A DNA stretch of 63,423 nt, filler included, from Lenisia limosa (lineage: Eukaryota > Protista > Breviatea), in the NCBI GenBank assembly GCA_001655205.1. It is 10 parts of 10 records of this genome, joined end to end, with 100 filler letters (N's around TTAATTAATTAA, not from the genome) between each part and the next. Parts side by side here need not be neighbours in the genome. Positions count along the whole stretch, not along the records: positions 1 to 5,341 come from LPNZ01007729.1; positions 5,442 to 11,713 come from LPNZ01011118.1; 8 more parts are not named here. The stretch is one strand, 5' to 3'. Below, one piece after another: positions 1-11,813 of the stretch (position 1 is the stretch's first letter; the number at the start of each line of letters is the position of its first letter). A program made the position numbers and the translations under genes. The notes under the pieces were generated by a model. The model made no database searches. It saw nothing but the letters and a program-made list of their open reading frames with translations, and had not been told where the DNA came from.

Positions 1-3000
1 TATTATACACGGATTGGGTCTCGACGAAGGACTGGATGTCGTCGTCACTGCCGTAGGAAAACAGCCCGGCGGGAAGGAGCCACAATGCAAGATAGTGTTT
101 CTAAGCAATGAGAAATAAAAGATAAGGTTGTATCTGGCCGAAGCCGTTAACGCCAGAAAGGGTAGTATCTCTATTGTAAGGTCAGAAAGGGTAGTGTTAT
201 ACCTTATCAGATTATGTCAACACATTTAGCGACCCCCCCTCCCATCCCCATTTACAGCGCTAGTACGCTCCATGGGCTGGTAAACCAAAGGCATAAACAT
301 GCCAGTGTTGGTCTGGCCGTTCTCTCCAATAGAATATGCCCAGGCAAAGTTAAGGCGATGCAGCGTTCCTGCGACTTGCATGACGGATGAGGCATCCTGA
401 GCGATCAATACTCAATTACGACTTATCCATGGAATATCATAATAGACCATAATAACACAAAAATCCATAAAAATAAAATCAGAATGCTTCCTCCAACCTA
501 TAGTATGAATATGATATATTTTGCTTTTTGCATATGATATTATTATACATTTTATATCCCCCCCCCCCCCNNNNNNNNNNNNNNNNNNNNNNNNNNNNNN
601 NNNNNNNNNNNNNNNNNNNNNNNNNNNNNNNNNNNNNNNNNNNNNNNNNNNNNNNNNNNNNNNNNNNNNNNNNNNNNNNNNNNNNNNNNTTGTTGAGGGC
701 CCCATCAGAGTTGGCCTGAGAGAGGCAAGACTTGTACAGACCTATAGGAGTTAATGGCAATAAGGCCAGGTTCAATTCTAGATCTCCATTTGTGAAACAC
801 TCTATATCTCATTTTGTGAAATAATGGTTCAACTCAAAAGGGTGAACAACAAAAGATGTAGTTTCTTAAGTCCATACCGTTGATAACTGGCCAATGCTCG
901 TGCATAATGTCCGTCACGGTTTTGGTCAAAACTGGCATGTTCTGGGGGGGGGAGTAAAATNNNNNNNNNNNNNNNNNNNNNNNNNNNNNNNNNNNNNNNN
1001 NNNNNNNNNNNNNNNNNNNNNNNNNNNNNNNNNNNNNNNNNNNNNNNNCAACCCCTTCTTTATCTTAATTAAAAGCTGCTAAATCTGACCCAAAAAACAA
1101 AAGCCCAACCTTCATTAAGTTGGTGTTGCGGTCTTTCTGAGCTGTCACCGCATGGGTGTCCATGTATCCTCCACAAGAGTATCTAAAAGAGCATTAAGAT
1201 TGCAAAAATGAGAAAGAAATAAAGGTGAATAAAAGTGAGCGTTATTGTAACATAGAAATGAGAATTCATAAATGAAGTATTTATCTGGACTATCATTTTA
1301 TAAGAGAAATTTAATATCATAATATTCACAAAAACATTTGTATAATACTCTGATATCTGTATTTCCAAAATCATCAGTCCTCCACTTACCNNNNNNNNNN
1401 NNNNNNNNNNNNNNNNNNNNNNNNNNNNNNNNNNNNNNNNNNNNNNNNNNNNNNNNNNNNNNNNNNNNNNNNNNNNNNNNNNNNNNNNNNNNNNNNNNNN
1501 NNNNNNNNNNNNNNNNNNNNNNNNNNNNNNNNNNNNNNNNNNNNNNNNNNNNNNNNNNNNNNNNNNNNNNNNNNNNNNNNNNNNNNNNNNNNNNNNNNNN
1601 NNNNNNNNNNNNNNNTTAGGGATGTAAGAACGTTGAATATGTAATCAAATAGGAAAGTTAAAATGTTGACTGCTGAATAATTATAACACCCATCACAACA
1701 CCCCCTACGCGGCCGTCAAATTCGGTGTCGTCACAATCGTCATGGTGATTGTGGTGCACAATCATGGTGATGACGAGCACGATCAGGAGCACTGCCGCAA
1801 CAATCCATCCTAGGGGGCGGGGGGTTAACGAAGGAAATTTCGATGAAGAATATTGGCGTAAAGATCACGAACCGAATAATCTGAAACTCCAAACAAAAAA
1901 CAAAAAACAAGCAATAACAAACACAGGCAACTTATTATTAAATTTTGATACGTTCCGCGCCCTTATACGTTTAATTCAATCACGTTTAAAAAAAAGAAAA
2001 ACAAAAATACAAATAGAAAGTAACTGGTAGAAAAATAATTTCAATTCAAAAAAAGACGTCCGTTTTCCACAGTTAAACAACCTAATCCAGAAAAAGAAAG
2101 GACACTAGGCTTAAGGAAAGAGTAGAAATCTGTCAATAAAACAAAACAAAAAATAAGCTCATGAAGGAGGAGAGAGTTGGCAACGGACCAAAACCCGCAA
2201 CCATGCACATGATAACAAAGGGCTTGATTGCACTACAACCGTGGTTTTCCTACCAATAAGTGGCACAATCTTGTTGGGCTTCTTGGCCGAAGGTTCCAGT
2301 TCATGGTAGTCCCCGGAAGAGGAGTTGGATTCCGCTCCTATCGATCATGAGTAAATCATTCGAATTTACCGGTTAAACCAAATTTCACAAAAGCTGGATG
2401 AATATAAATAAGAAATAGTAAATAAGAAGTGAAAGGGGGATGAGGAGGGAAGGAAGGGTCGAGAGAGAGTGTGAGAAGATGTGGTAAGCGAAGGCAAACT
2501 TCCAAATTCCGCAAAATTTGACACATTCAGTAAGTAATGATTGTGGTAACAGACAATAATGCACCTACATACCCATGGGTGTGAGCATAGCGGGAATACC
2601 CGTGTCAAACAGTCAATATAGTGACTAACCAGTGCCTCCGCAATTCAATAATAGATAGATTACACACCAACTCCTTGTCAATAGGGTTGTCAAAGGGTTC
2701 TAATCAATTCAATTTTTTGGATTTATAGGTAAACCTGCGGTGTTTATATATATAAACCCCCTTTGATTTACTTTGTTGTTTTGTTCGGACCCAAGGAGAG
2801 AGACGGGAGGACGGGAGGGAGAGAGCAACAAAAAAAGAAGTGATATTTTTCTTTATTCCCAATTTCTCTCTGGTGGTTGTACCACTATTCAATGGTTCAA
2901 GATGGTTTTCCCAAGATTTCTAATGAATAATTTTCTCTTGCTCAAAAAAGATATCTAAGAAAGGCAATCTAACAACTAGGGGGAGGTGAAATCTCAAAAA

Positions 3001-5341
3001 AGAACAACGAAATTAAAGTGATATCCATAAACATAATAGGCTTAGACCTCCGATCGATCTGGGGTGGATGCAAGGAAGGGCGGGAGGGGTGAATCTGGGC
3101 CTCCAATGCTTGANNNNNNNNNNNNNNNNNNNNNNNNNNNNNNNNNNNNNNNNNNNNNNNNNNNNNNNNNNNNNNNNNNNNNNNNNNNNNNNNNNNNNNN
3201 NNNNNNNNNNNNNNNNNNNNNNNNNNNNNNNNNNNNNNNNNNNNNNNNNNNNNNNNNNNNNNNNNNNNNNNNNNNNNNNNAAACCCCAAGAACCAAAAAA
3301 AACCAATTTGATTGTGGTGGTGGGGTTAAACACGGTCAAAGCCCCGCACCGGGCGGGGTGACAAGGGCTAAGTCGTCTCTGAGGGGAGATGATTGGTCCG
3401 GTTCAAGCACACTGAGCTGGGGGTCTGGTCGGCCCGGGCTAGGGGGTCAGTTCAGTTCAGTTCTTCTTGTAAATACTGGATGTGTTACTTTGTATAGATG
3501 AATTGCAATGTACAATCAAACTAAATCTTTATCCAAACAAGAAACACTTTCATAACACTCTTGTTTTTGGCAAGAATATTAACCTTAATTGCTATACCCC
3601 CCTCCCCCCGTACCTCTGATTGATACCACCCGGAAATGGCTGGATTGGCCGAATGGGCGAGTCAGCAACTGCGTCAATTGCGTCCAAGGAGGCGGGGGAT
3701 CGATACCTGGCGTCGTCAAGTTTTTTATCTTGTCTTAATGTGACAATATTCTGGTGGAACCGAAATAATACTGAACGAAACCCAATCAATCATACTCAGC
3801 CGAAATGGGGCTATGAAGGGCGGAATGATGAGCAATCAAACGGTCCTCATCACACTGGGCGTTGGGCTCGCCGCTGTCACGCACCAGCATTTCCAGGGCA
3901 ATTGGACTCGAAGAATGGAGGGACGGTGACATGGAACCAGGAGGAGAGGACATATTGGGATAGGGCGAGGAGGGAGCTGGGGGGGGGGGGGGNNNNNNNN
4001 NNNNNNNNNNNNNNNNNNNNNNNNNNNNNNNNNNNNNNNNNNNNNNNNNNNNNNNNNNNNNNNNNNNNNACGAAACAAATAATTTGAAACAAGGGGAAAC
4101 TATACTGATATAATATGTTTGTTGAAACCATGTGCGAGAATAGCAGAGGAAATGATACTCTTCGCCAAACCCAATAAAAAAACAAACAAGAAAATGCGGT
4201 TCCGTCAACACCGCAACGTGTTAGCAAGGGCTTCACATGGTCCAAAAGAAATTAATCTATGTTTTTTTGTCAACCCATTCTGTTTTTGGGGCGAAGTAAA
4301 GCCCTATCAACATGGTTAGTACGAACCTGGGGAGGCAGGTAGTGGGTGCATTCGGGGACTGATGGGAGGGGCTGTGGAGGTCAGTAGAAGTACTGATAAA
4401 ATACTTGTAATTAGGATTTCATGACACTTATTATTAGTATATTTTCAACAAAGAAGAAGGGCATTCACACCCTCTCATAAGGCCCATGTACAAATAAGGG
4501 AACTAAAGTTGTGACGATCAGTTAATTAAAACGTATGCTCTAAACAACCAAAGAGCATTCCAATTGTCACCCTTCAAATGCGGAGCCAACAGAGTTGATT
4601 TTGGGGGATACCCCCCCCCCTCGTGACCTGTACAGACGCCCTGTAACCCCTGTGTATTACTAACCAATCGATTTTGGATATTATTGATCAATCCACCCAC
4701 CAGGAACGTTCGCGAAGTTGAGGTGCCTTGGACTCACGGACGAGGCTCTGGCCGAACTAAATGAGGTCACAGAAATAACGGTAAGAGCCCGATATGGTTG
4801 GGCAAGACGGCAATTATATCAAAATCTATCGTTTGGGTTTCACTTCAGTCCGAAAAAAGACAAGAAAAGTCGATATGTATCAACTTTCCTTTTTTTGCCC
4901 CCCCCCCCCCCNNNNNNNNNNNNNNNNNNNNNNNNNNNNNNNNNNNNNNNNNNNNNNNNNNNNNNNNNNNNNNNNNNNNNNNNNNNNNNNNNNNNNNNNN
5001 NNNNNNNNNNNNNNNNNGGAATGTCAAAGGGTCTCATGGGAGTCTCAGGGGCACTGCCGGGGTGTGAGTGGTTCTGAGAACACGAAATTATGCATGAAAG
5101 GAAATCTAAGGGAAAAAGAATCCATGGGGTGCAAATGGAAACGGCTGAGGCGAGACATGGTTCCGCTCCGTTCCTGACAAACAATACAATCTTGGGCTAT
5201 TACAAGTAATCTGCCTTCAATTCACATTTGTAAAAAAAGTTCACAAAAATTGCAATTAAAGAGCAAGAAATGGTGCTATGTCTGCATGTTCAACACCAAC
5301 CTGGGCGAGTCCACAGCAAGATCCACGCCACGACCGCCGCC
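1..5341 (-). CDS. M13 (neprilysin/ECE-like) type II membrane metallopeptidase, multi-exon, partial at both ends
   Basis: Minus-strand GT-AG exons: 1709-1809 GWIVAAVLLIVLVITMIVHHNHHDDCDDTEFDG (signal-anchor), ~1121-1183 YSCGGYMDTH, ~887-952 NMPVLTKTVTDIMHEHWPVIN, ~690-752 GLYKSCLSQ. These match the M13 N-terminal pattern (TM - C..F..YsCGGW - Y.SC). Upstream exons (2.3-5.3 kb) are low-complexity S/P-rich. The HEXXH motif would lie left of the window. Confidence 0.65.
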
Positions 5342-5441
5342 NNNNNNNNNNNNNNNNNNNNNNNNNNNNNNNNNNNNNNNNNNNNTTAATTAATTAANNN
5401 NNNNNNNNNNNNNNNNNNNNNNNNNNNNNNNNNNNNNNNNN
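5342..5441. other. Artificial contig linker 1 (44N-TTAATTAATTAA-44N)
   Basis: Exact 100-bp structure with a palindromic six-frame stop at 5386-5397; repeated 9 times in the window. Confidence 0.97.
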
Positions 5442-5507
5442 TGAGAGTCTAGGTCTCAGGCACCCCCTAAGGCTGAACGAATTACACTAAAAATAATTAC
5501 ACTCTAG

Positions 5508-8500
5508 GTTTCATGGGCCCAAGCATTCAAGCCTTCCGATCTGCCGCCAGCCCTATGCTCCGACATTTGACAAGGTGTGTACTATGGGACTTTTTTTTTG
5601 TTTTAATGGAGGAATATGTTGTCTCATTTATATATAGCATACTATACATCTAAAAGTAATTCATATCCCCTCCGTAAAGAATAAAGCAGTCGAGTGTTTG
5701 TACTTTCCTTACTTTGCAACAGGGAAACAGCAAGACGGTTCCCTCCGATGCTTCGTCCTACTATGCGGGACCTCGCAGCCGTGACCGCTGTGTCCGTAGC
5801 ATCCTTCGTTGTCGCCGGCCAGTTTAATAGGCAAAAACCCTGGACAATTGCTCTCAGTATGTGTGGTCACACGTAGTGATATGATACTTTATATCCACTC
5901 GTGTGATAACTGACCAAAAAGTCCCAATGATACTCTCTTTCATCATTTCGACCGAAAGTCGATATATTATCACTAGTATATATCATATACTTATATATAT
6001 ACATATGCATAATAGTATAAATATAAACATTCAAAATATTTATAGAATATATATGTATATGTGGGTCCTCAAAGCTCCGGACATCATTCAAAATTCCCGG
6101 ACACATCAAAACTCCCGGACAGCTTGAAGTTGACACCTTGTATAGGCCATTGCTAGTGTTTTTTGAAAAATGCTTCGACAGATACATAGAGAAATGGACC
6201 TCCTAATGTTCCCTAACTTTTTTTTCAATTTTGAACAAATGTCAAAAATCTGTGAATTTGGTCTCTCGGGGGTCCCCCTTTTCAAAAATTTGTACCCCTC
6301 GGAGTGATTGGTTCCGGGTTCCCATTTGCTTTGGCTATGTAATGGTGAATTTTGAGGAAAAATTGAAAAAAATAGCACTGTCTACAGGTGTAAACTTTCC
6401 CGGATAGTTGCCATTTATTCCTTGAATGTGGCCTTTTATAACGGTTTTTGCTTGTTTTTGACCGTTTTTGGACCGTAAATAGAGAGCTTAGGGACTTAAT
6501 TTGGTTTTGACCCGATAATATGTTAAATTGGGGTTTCATTATTTGATTAAGATTGAGATTACTTTCAAAAACAGAAGGGAAATAGGGTTTCTGGGTGGTT
6601 TATGGTGATTTTGTATGGAAAACTCAAGCTGTCCGGGAGTTTTGATGTGTCCGGGAATTTTGAATGATGTCCGGAGCTTTGACTATACATATACTTCATA
6701 TGATCGTATCTTGAACACCTCAATCCAGAAAATAACATTTCTCGATAAATCATTGATAATTTCGAACAAATCTTTTTTGAGTGAAGTCCTATTTTGAATA
6801 TCTGCTTCACCTCCAACACACTTAGGAAATTCAGCGAACAAAGTATGTCTGCCTATGTCCGTGTATAAGTTCTTAGACCAGCCGGTGAGCACATATCACT
6901 TTTTGGCATTTTTCACACGTGTGGTGCAGTGGTATGATACGTCGTGAGTATGAACACTTGTGTTGTTTAAGTTCATTATTTCGACTTGAAAGTTGACCAT
7001 ATGTCATATTACTTGTGGATACTTGATAAAATTGGATGCATTTGCTACTGTTGGAACTATTTGATATTCTCAATTGGTGGTATTTTTGATGTATTTCACC
7101 GTAATCCAGCCCCCCTTCCTCCCCCTGCCTTTGATAGCGGGAATTGGTCGGAGCGTCGTCCTGAAGTGGCACAATTCTGACAGCGGAGGCAAAGTGGTTA
7201 TGGTGGGGGGGGGGGAGTCTTTCTTTCATNNNNNNNNNNNNNNNNNNNNNNNNNNNNNNNNNNNNNNNNNNNNNNNNNNNNNNNNNNNNNNNNNNNNNTA
7301 CAGTGACGGAATAATCTTGACTGATTTGCTAACAGTTTTACCAGAGACTTATTGTCCTATCATACGTACTCAATTCAAACTATTTCATAGATGTAGCTTC
7401 ACTGTTCGGAGTCGATTCATTATGTACACCCGAGGGACTTGAGCTCAACTTTAACTCACATAATACTCCTTTTTTATTATAATATGTCTTACATTCTAGT
7501 CTTTAATCGGTGCTAATCTTGCCGTATTTGGGCTTGGTATGTTGCCCCATCCCGGAGTAAGGAGACTTCTTTTCAAAGCCGTTTCAATGGTATGGTGCAT
7601 TTTTAGAGCAAGAGTAACCTTGTTTTATTTCTCATCTCTATACTCAAAGGTTCCGTGTGATTAATTGAAAATTGATTGATATTAAAATATAACCTCAATT
7701 TCAGACACTAAATTTTTAATTTTTCCTGTTAATTTCTTCAAAAGCATTCATTACACCGAGCCCTAATATGCATAATGATATCTATCCATCTAGCCCATTA
7801 ATCGCACCCCTCTGACTGCGTTAACATCTTCGTTCATGCATGGAACCCCAATGGTAGGTCTTGGTAGAAGTATTTGCATGCTGGGGAGGCAAACAGCTGT
7901 GTGCACAGAGTTGTAAGGTAAATGATTTGGTGAATTAATATTACTGTAATCCAACATCTGTGGACAGTTTCTGCTTAACACAATCTTTTTTTTATTTCTA
8001 TTTGATATTTTGTGACTGTATACATTATACAGTGATTTTGGCAATATACTATAATATAATATATATCATCTGTATCAAAAACTTCTGCCATTTTTTAATG
8101 CCTTAGCATGTATTTTCCATTCTTTACAATTTTTGCATTTTACTTCTTATTTTAACTATTTAGCACCTTTTAACCAATGTGTGGGCTTTGAACGTTATTG
8201 GCCCTGGCGTAGCTACTGTGTATGGGGATTATGGTGTGGACTCTGTATGGGTTAGATACTGCGGAAGATGCAGCATTAATGGTGTAGTTATTGGGGTTAG
8301 GGCTTCACTTCGGTCCCAATAATACCGGGGAAATATCGATAGCTTTCGAAGATTATCGAGAAATTCAGTCTTTTTTCGAAGTGAATTGTAGTACGTAGAA
8401 ATCTCAAGTAGTTTTTATGAGGGGAAATCATAAAAGTAGTACTCCGTGAATTCATTTGTTTTGTGTTTTGCGGGAAATGCAACCCATTCTGACTTTTCCC

Positions 8501-11308
8501 AGGCTTGGAGGTCCCACGTTTCTCGCGTCATATATCACCCTAGCCGGATTCTCTGGAGTTATATCGTCAGCTGCGCGTTGTGCGTTCTCGCGATACCATG
8601 TGGCCAGTATTGGGTGGGTGGTGGTGGTGATGATGATTTTTGATGATGATGTTTGTGATGATGATTGATGGTGGTGGTGATGATGATGATGATGTTTGTG
8701 ATGATGATTGATGGTGGTGGTGGTGATGGTGATGATGTTTTGATGGTGATGATGATGATGATGATAGTGATGATGATGATTTTATGATTGATGATGATGA
8801 TGATATTTTGGTTATTGATGGAGTGGAGGTGATAATACAAGTTTCAAGGGTGGTTTGGTCTAGGGTTCGAATTTTGTTGACTTTCTAAAACAGGTAGAGC
8901 GATACTGTATAAGTACTAGATAAATACCGCAATAAGTACCTAGATAAAGATCAATATCACTGTCAGTTTATAAACTCTCTTTATTATCCTTTCTGTATCT
9001 ACAGTGATCGGGATAAGTCTTGACTGATTTGCTGTGATTTCCCAAGGGAAATATGTCAACTTATCCTGGTCACTGTATTTGTTTCCCTTGATTTGATTTC
9101 ACGTGCATATTTTTCTCCACAGATTTATATACGGAAATTTCTCAATTCCCTGTATTCTTTGAAAATGTAGTGCTTCTGGCGCAATCTTTGGCGTTCTTGG
9201 AATGCATGCGGTTAGAGGGGAAAGACGTACACAATTAGGATACTTATGACAACATTTGAGATTCTCAAGGAAATATTTTAAATAGTCAATGTGATTCCTA
9301 GATGTGACCGTTCAGTCTTGTCCAATGTTCCTTGGGATATTATATAGGAAATGCAGGCAGTCAGTGTGTATCTGTAGGACAATTGAGAGCGTTGTTCACA
9401 GAGGAAGGAGAGTTACTGAACATCACATGGGAGTATCAGAATACGGTTACAAACACCAAACAGATTATAGGGATGGAGTCGTTTTGATTTATTTTGTTTT
9501 CTTTTCTTTGTTTTTTGACCTCCCAGCTGCTCAATCGTGACAAGCAGTTCCGGTTTATTCTCTTTCCGTTCTACCTCTTTACGGTCCCAAATCGTGAGAG
9601 GGGAGGTTTTGTCTGAATTGAATTATGTAGTAATATTTAGTTCATCTTATTGTTTCACTTTGATCGAACACTGTGGTGAAATCGATAATCTGATCTTCCT
9701 CTATCCTTAATGTAACTCTATATTATACTATACGCTGAGTAAGAAACAGTTTGACACGAATGCCCACTGCCCAATCTTGAAATATTTTACCATCTAACTG
9801 GAAAGCATATTATTATTTTATCCTCGTGAAGAGTATCTGATCGTTTTAGTCCTGATTCTTCTCATGTGCTTTGATGTGTACGGAATTGCCAGGTTTGCAT
9901 TCTTTCTTAGGAGAAACATTAGATATTTGAGTGAAGACTTTCATGTCTGAATTTAAGTTCTTACTACAATATGGGTATCTTCAAATTGACAAAAATCCAC
10001 CTTGTGTACATGTACGCTGAAGAAATCTTAGGGTTTTCTTAAAGAAAAAGACAGAAAATAGTTTTATTCAGGAAATGATTTTAAGGGAAGGTGAGGCATG
10101 AATTTTTTTACAAAACCATTCATTTATAAGATATACATACGCTTTTCAGGAAAACTTTACCCCGAATTGCACTCAATCTTTAGAGGCCGAATGAGATTCG
10201 ACCACTTCGGCCATCTTGGGGGTGCGATTTCAGGCCTGGCCCTGGCTCAGTCAATGATAATCGTAGGGGAAATAACTTGGGCTTCCCCGCGGTTCAAATG
10301 ACCAGTTAAATATCGATATTTATCGAGGATTTATCGAGAAATCCAGTCTTTTTTTGGGAAGCCCTTGATGTAATAATTGTCGATGGAGTGAAGGAGGTGG
10401 CGAGTATAGTTTAGAGGGGTGGAAAAGTGACAGGAAAAGGGGGTGAAAATCATTTAGACTGGAAGGAAGGGTGCCTAACAACAATGAGAAAAAACATAGA
10501 GTTTAAGAATTGCTTTGACCGCCCCTCTACTGCCAAAACATTATTACATTTATTCCCATTGTACTTTTCTTTACTTCAGTAAAGAAGATGATCCCCTTTT
10601 CCGGCACCCTCCTGTTTGTTGTTGCTTGTTTTTTTTTTGTTTGTTTGGAGTNNNNNNNNNNNNNNNNNNNNNNNNNNNNNNNNNNNNNNNNNNNNNNNNN
10701 NNNNNNNNNNNNNNNNNNNNNNNNNNNNNNNNNNNNNNNNNNNNNNNNNNNNNNNNNNNNNNGCGGCGCGAGCCTCAATATGTTGCCGCTCCTGAATTAC
10801 AGGTGGATTGGGTTCTGAACTTGGGGAACGTGGAATATCAATAATATGTTGGATATGTAGCTAACACGGGTGGGTACATACGGTATATACTATACTAGCT
10901 AGATGATACGTTGTCTGGAACAGGGGTATCATTAGGGCTTCACTTCGGTTCAAAAAACAGTGATAAAATATCGATATTTATCGAAAATTTATCGAGAAAT
11001 TCAGTCTTTTTTCGAACCAAAGTGATGCCCTACGTATAAAATACATTTTAATTGAAACACTGACCAGTATTGCAATAACGAGTTGCCCCCAATTATGATA
11101 TGTCAATATGCATATGTATAATTTTCCCCTCAAATCCACGAACATTATACATTTGCCACAGCTCCATTCATCTACAATTCTTCCCATTCCTCTAATATGT
11201 CATCATCAGACCCCCACCAAGCCCTTTGAAATGACCCATATTGTGACGCGGGGCGGCTCGCTGGAGGATGAGGTTGAGAAGGAGTGGAGACGTATCAGCA
11301 GAACGTAG
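5508..11308 (+). CDS. Rhomboid intramembrane serine protease, PARL/Pcp1-like (about 12 exons; start codon uncertain)
   Basis: Phase-consistent exons give LIGANLAVFGL, TSSFMHGTPM|HLLTNVWAL, HVASIG|ASGAIFGVLG (GASG catalytic Ser, exon from 9171) and RFDHFGHLGGAISG (catalytic His at ~10212). Last exon TPTKPF...RISRT* ends at 11308. Confidence 0.85.
6066..6685. mobile_element. ~620-bp non-autonomous DNA transposon with ~60-bp TIRs (family M3)
   Basis: tcaaagctccggacatcattcaaaattcccggacacatcaaaactcccggacagcttga (6069-6128) is the reverse complement of 6624-6682; right end reads ...TTTGACTA-TA; a second partial copy lies at 30481-30802. Confidence 0.85.
8298..8390. mobile_element. MITE family M1 copy (intronic, right TIR degenerate)
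   Basis: TAGGGCTTCACTTCGG...ATCGAGAAATTCAGTCTTTTTTCGAAGTGAA. Confidence 0.75.
8615..8835 (+). repeat. (GAT/GGT)n compound microsatellite in a rhomboid intron
   Basis: Long run of gat/ggt triplets with an internal duplicated block. Confidence 0.9.
9000..9077. mobile_element. Tc1-type MITE family M2 (TA-CAGTG...CACTG-TA)
   Basis: TA CAGTGATCGGGATAAGT ... ACTTATCCTGGTCACTG TA; related copies at 38655 and 47825. Confidence 0.8.
10279..10366. mobile_element. MITE family M1 copy (degenerate)
   Basis: GGGCTTCCCCGCGGTTC...GATTTATCGAGAAATCCAGTCTTTT...GAAGCCC. Confidence 0.65.
10933..11032. mobile_element. MITE family M1 copy (near full length, 100 bp)
   Basis: TA-GGGCTTCACTTCGGTTCAAAAA ... TTTTTCGAACCAAAGTGATGCCC-TA. 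Confidence 0.85.
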
Positions 11309-11713
11309 CTGCTTGTCACAGTATTTATTTATTTCCTATTGAAACAGAGTTGCATTTGTTATATTGAAGAGAAACATTCAATATTTATTTTTTCACAAAT
11401 AGTATAGGAATTAACTCCCCTTTCAAGCCCCCCTCTCCTTCTCAAAAAAACAAAAAAATAACTTGGAGCTCCCCTGTATCGTCGCAAACTGTGACACCCT
11501 GATTGAGAACCCATGTCCTTTTGAAAAAGTTGAGCGGTTATCCAAAAACAAAACAAAAATCGTTTGTTTTCCAAAATAGCAACACATAAAAAAAATATCA
11601 AAAATCAGTACAATTGTTGTTTTCTACCAGTCCCACAAAGTACCACTCAAAAAAACATTCAACCCAAAAACTCTGTATTATTGTATCTTTACGAAAGAGC
11701 AGGCTCCAAAAAT

Positions 11714-11813
11714 NNNNNNNNNNNNNNNNNNNNNNNNNNNNNNNNNNNNNNNNNNNNTTAATTAATTAANNNNNNNNNNNNNNNNNNNNNNNNNNNNNNN
11801 NNNNNNNNNNNNN
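11714..11813. other. Artificial contig linker 2
   Basis: 44N-TTAATTAATTAA(11758-11769)-44N. Confidence 0.97.

Noticed and set aside
8559-8840. Poly-His/Ile/Met ORFs (also 39907-40346 and ~42000)
   Set aside because: Translations of intronic (CAT/GAT)n microsatellites.
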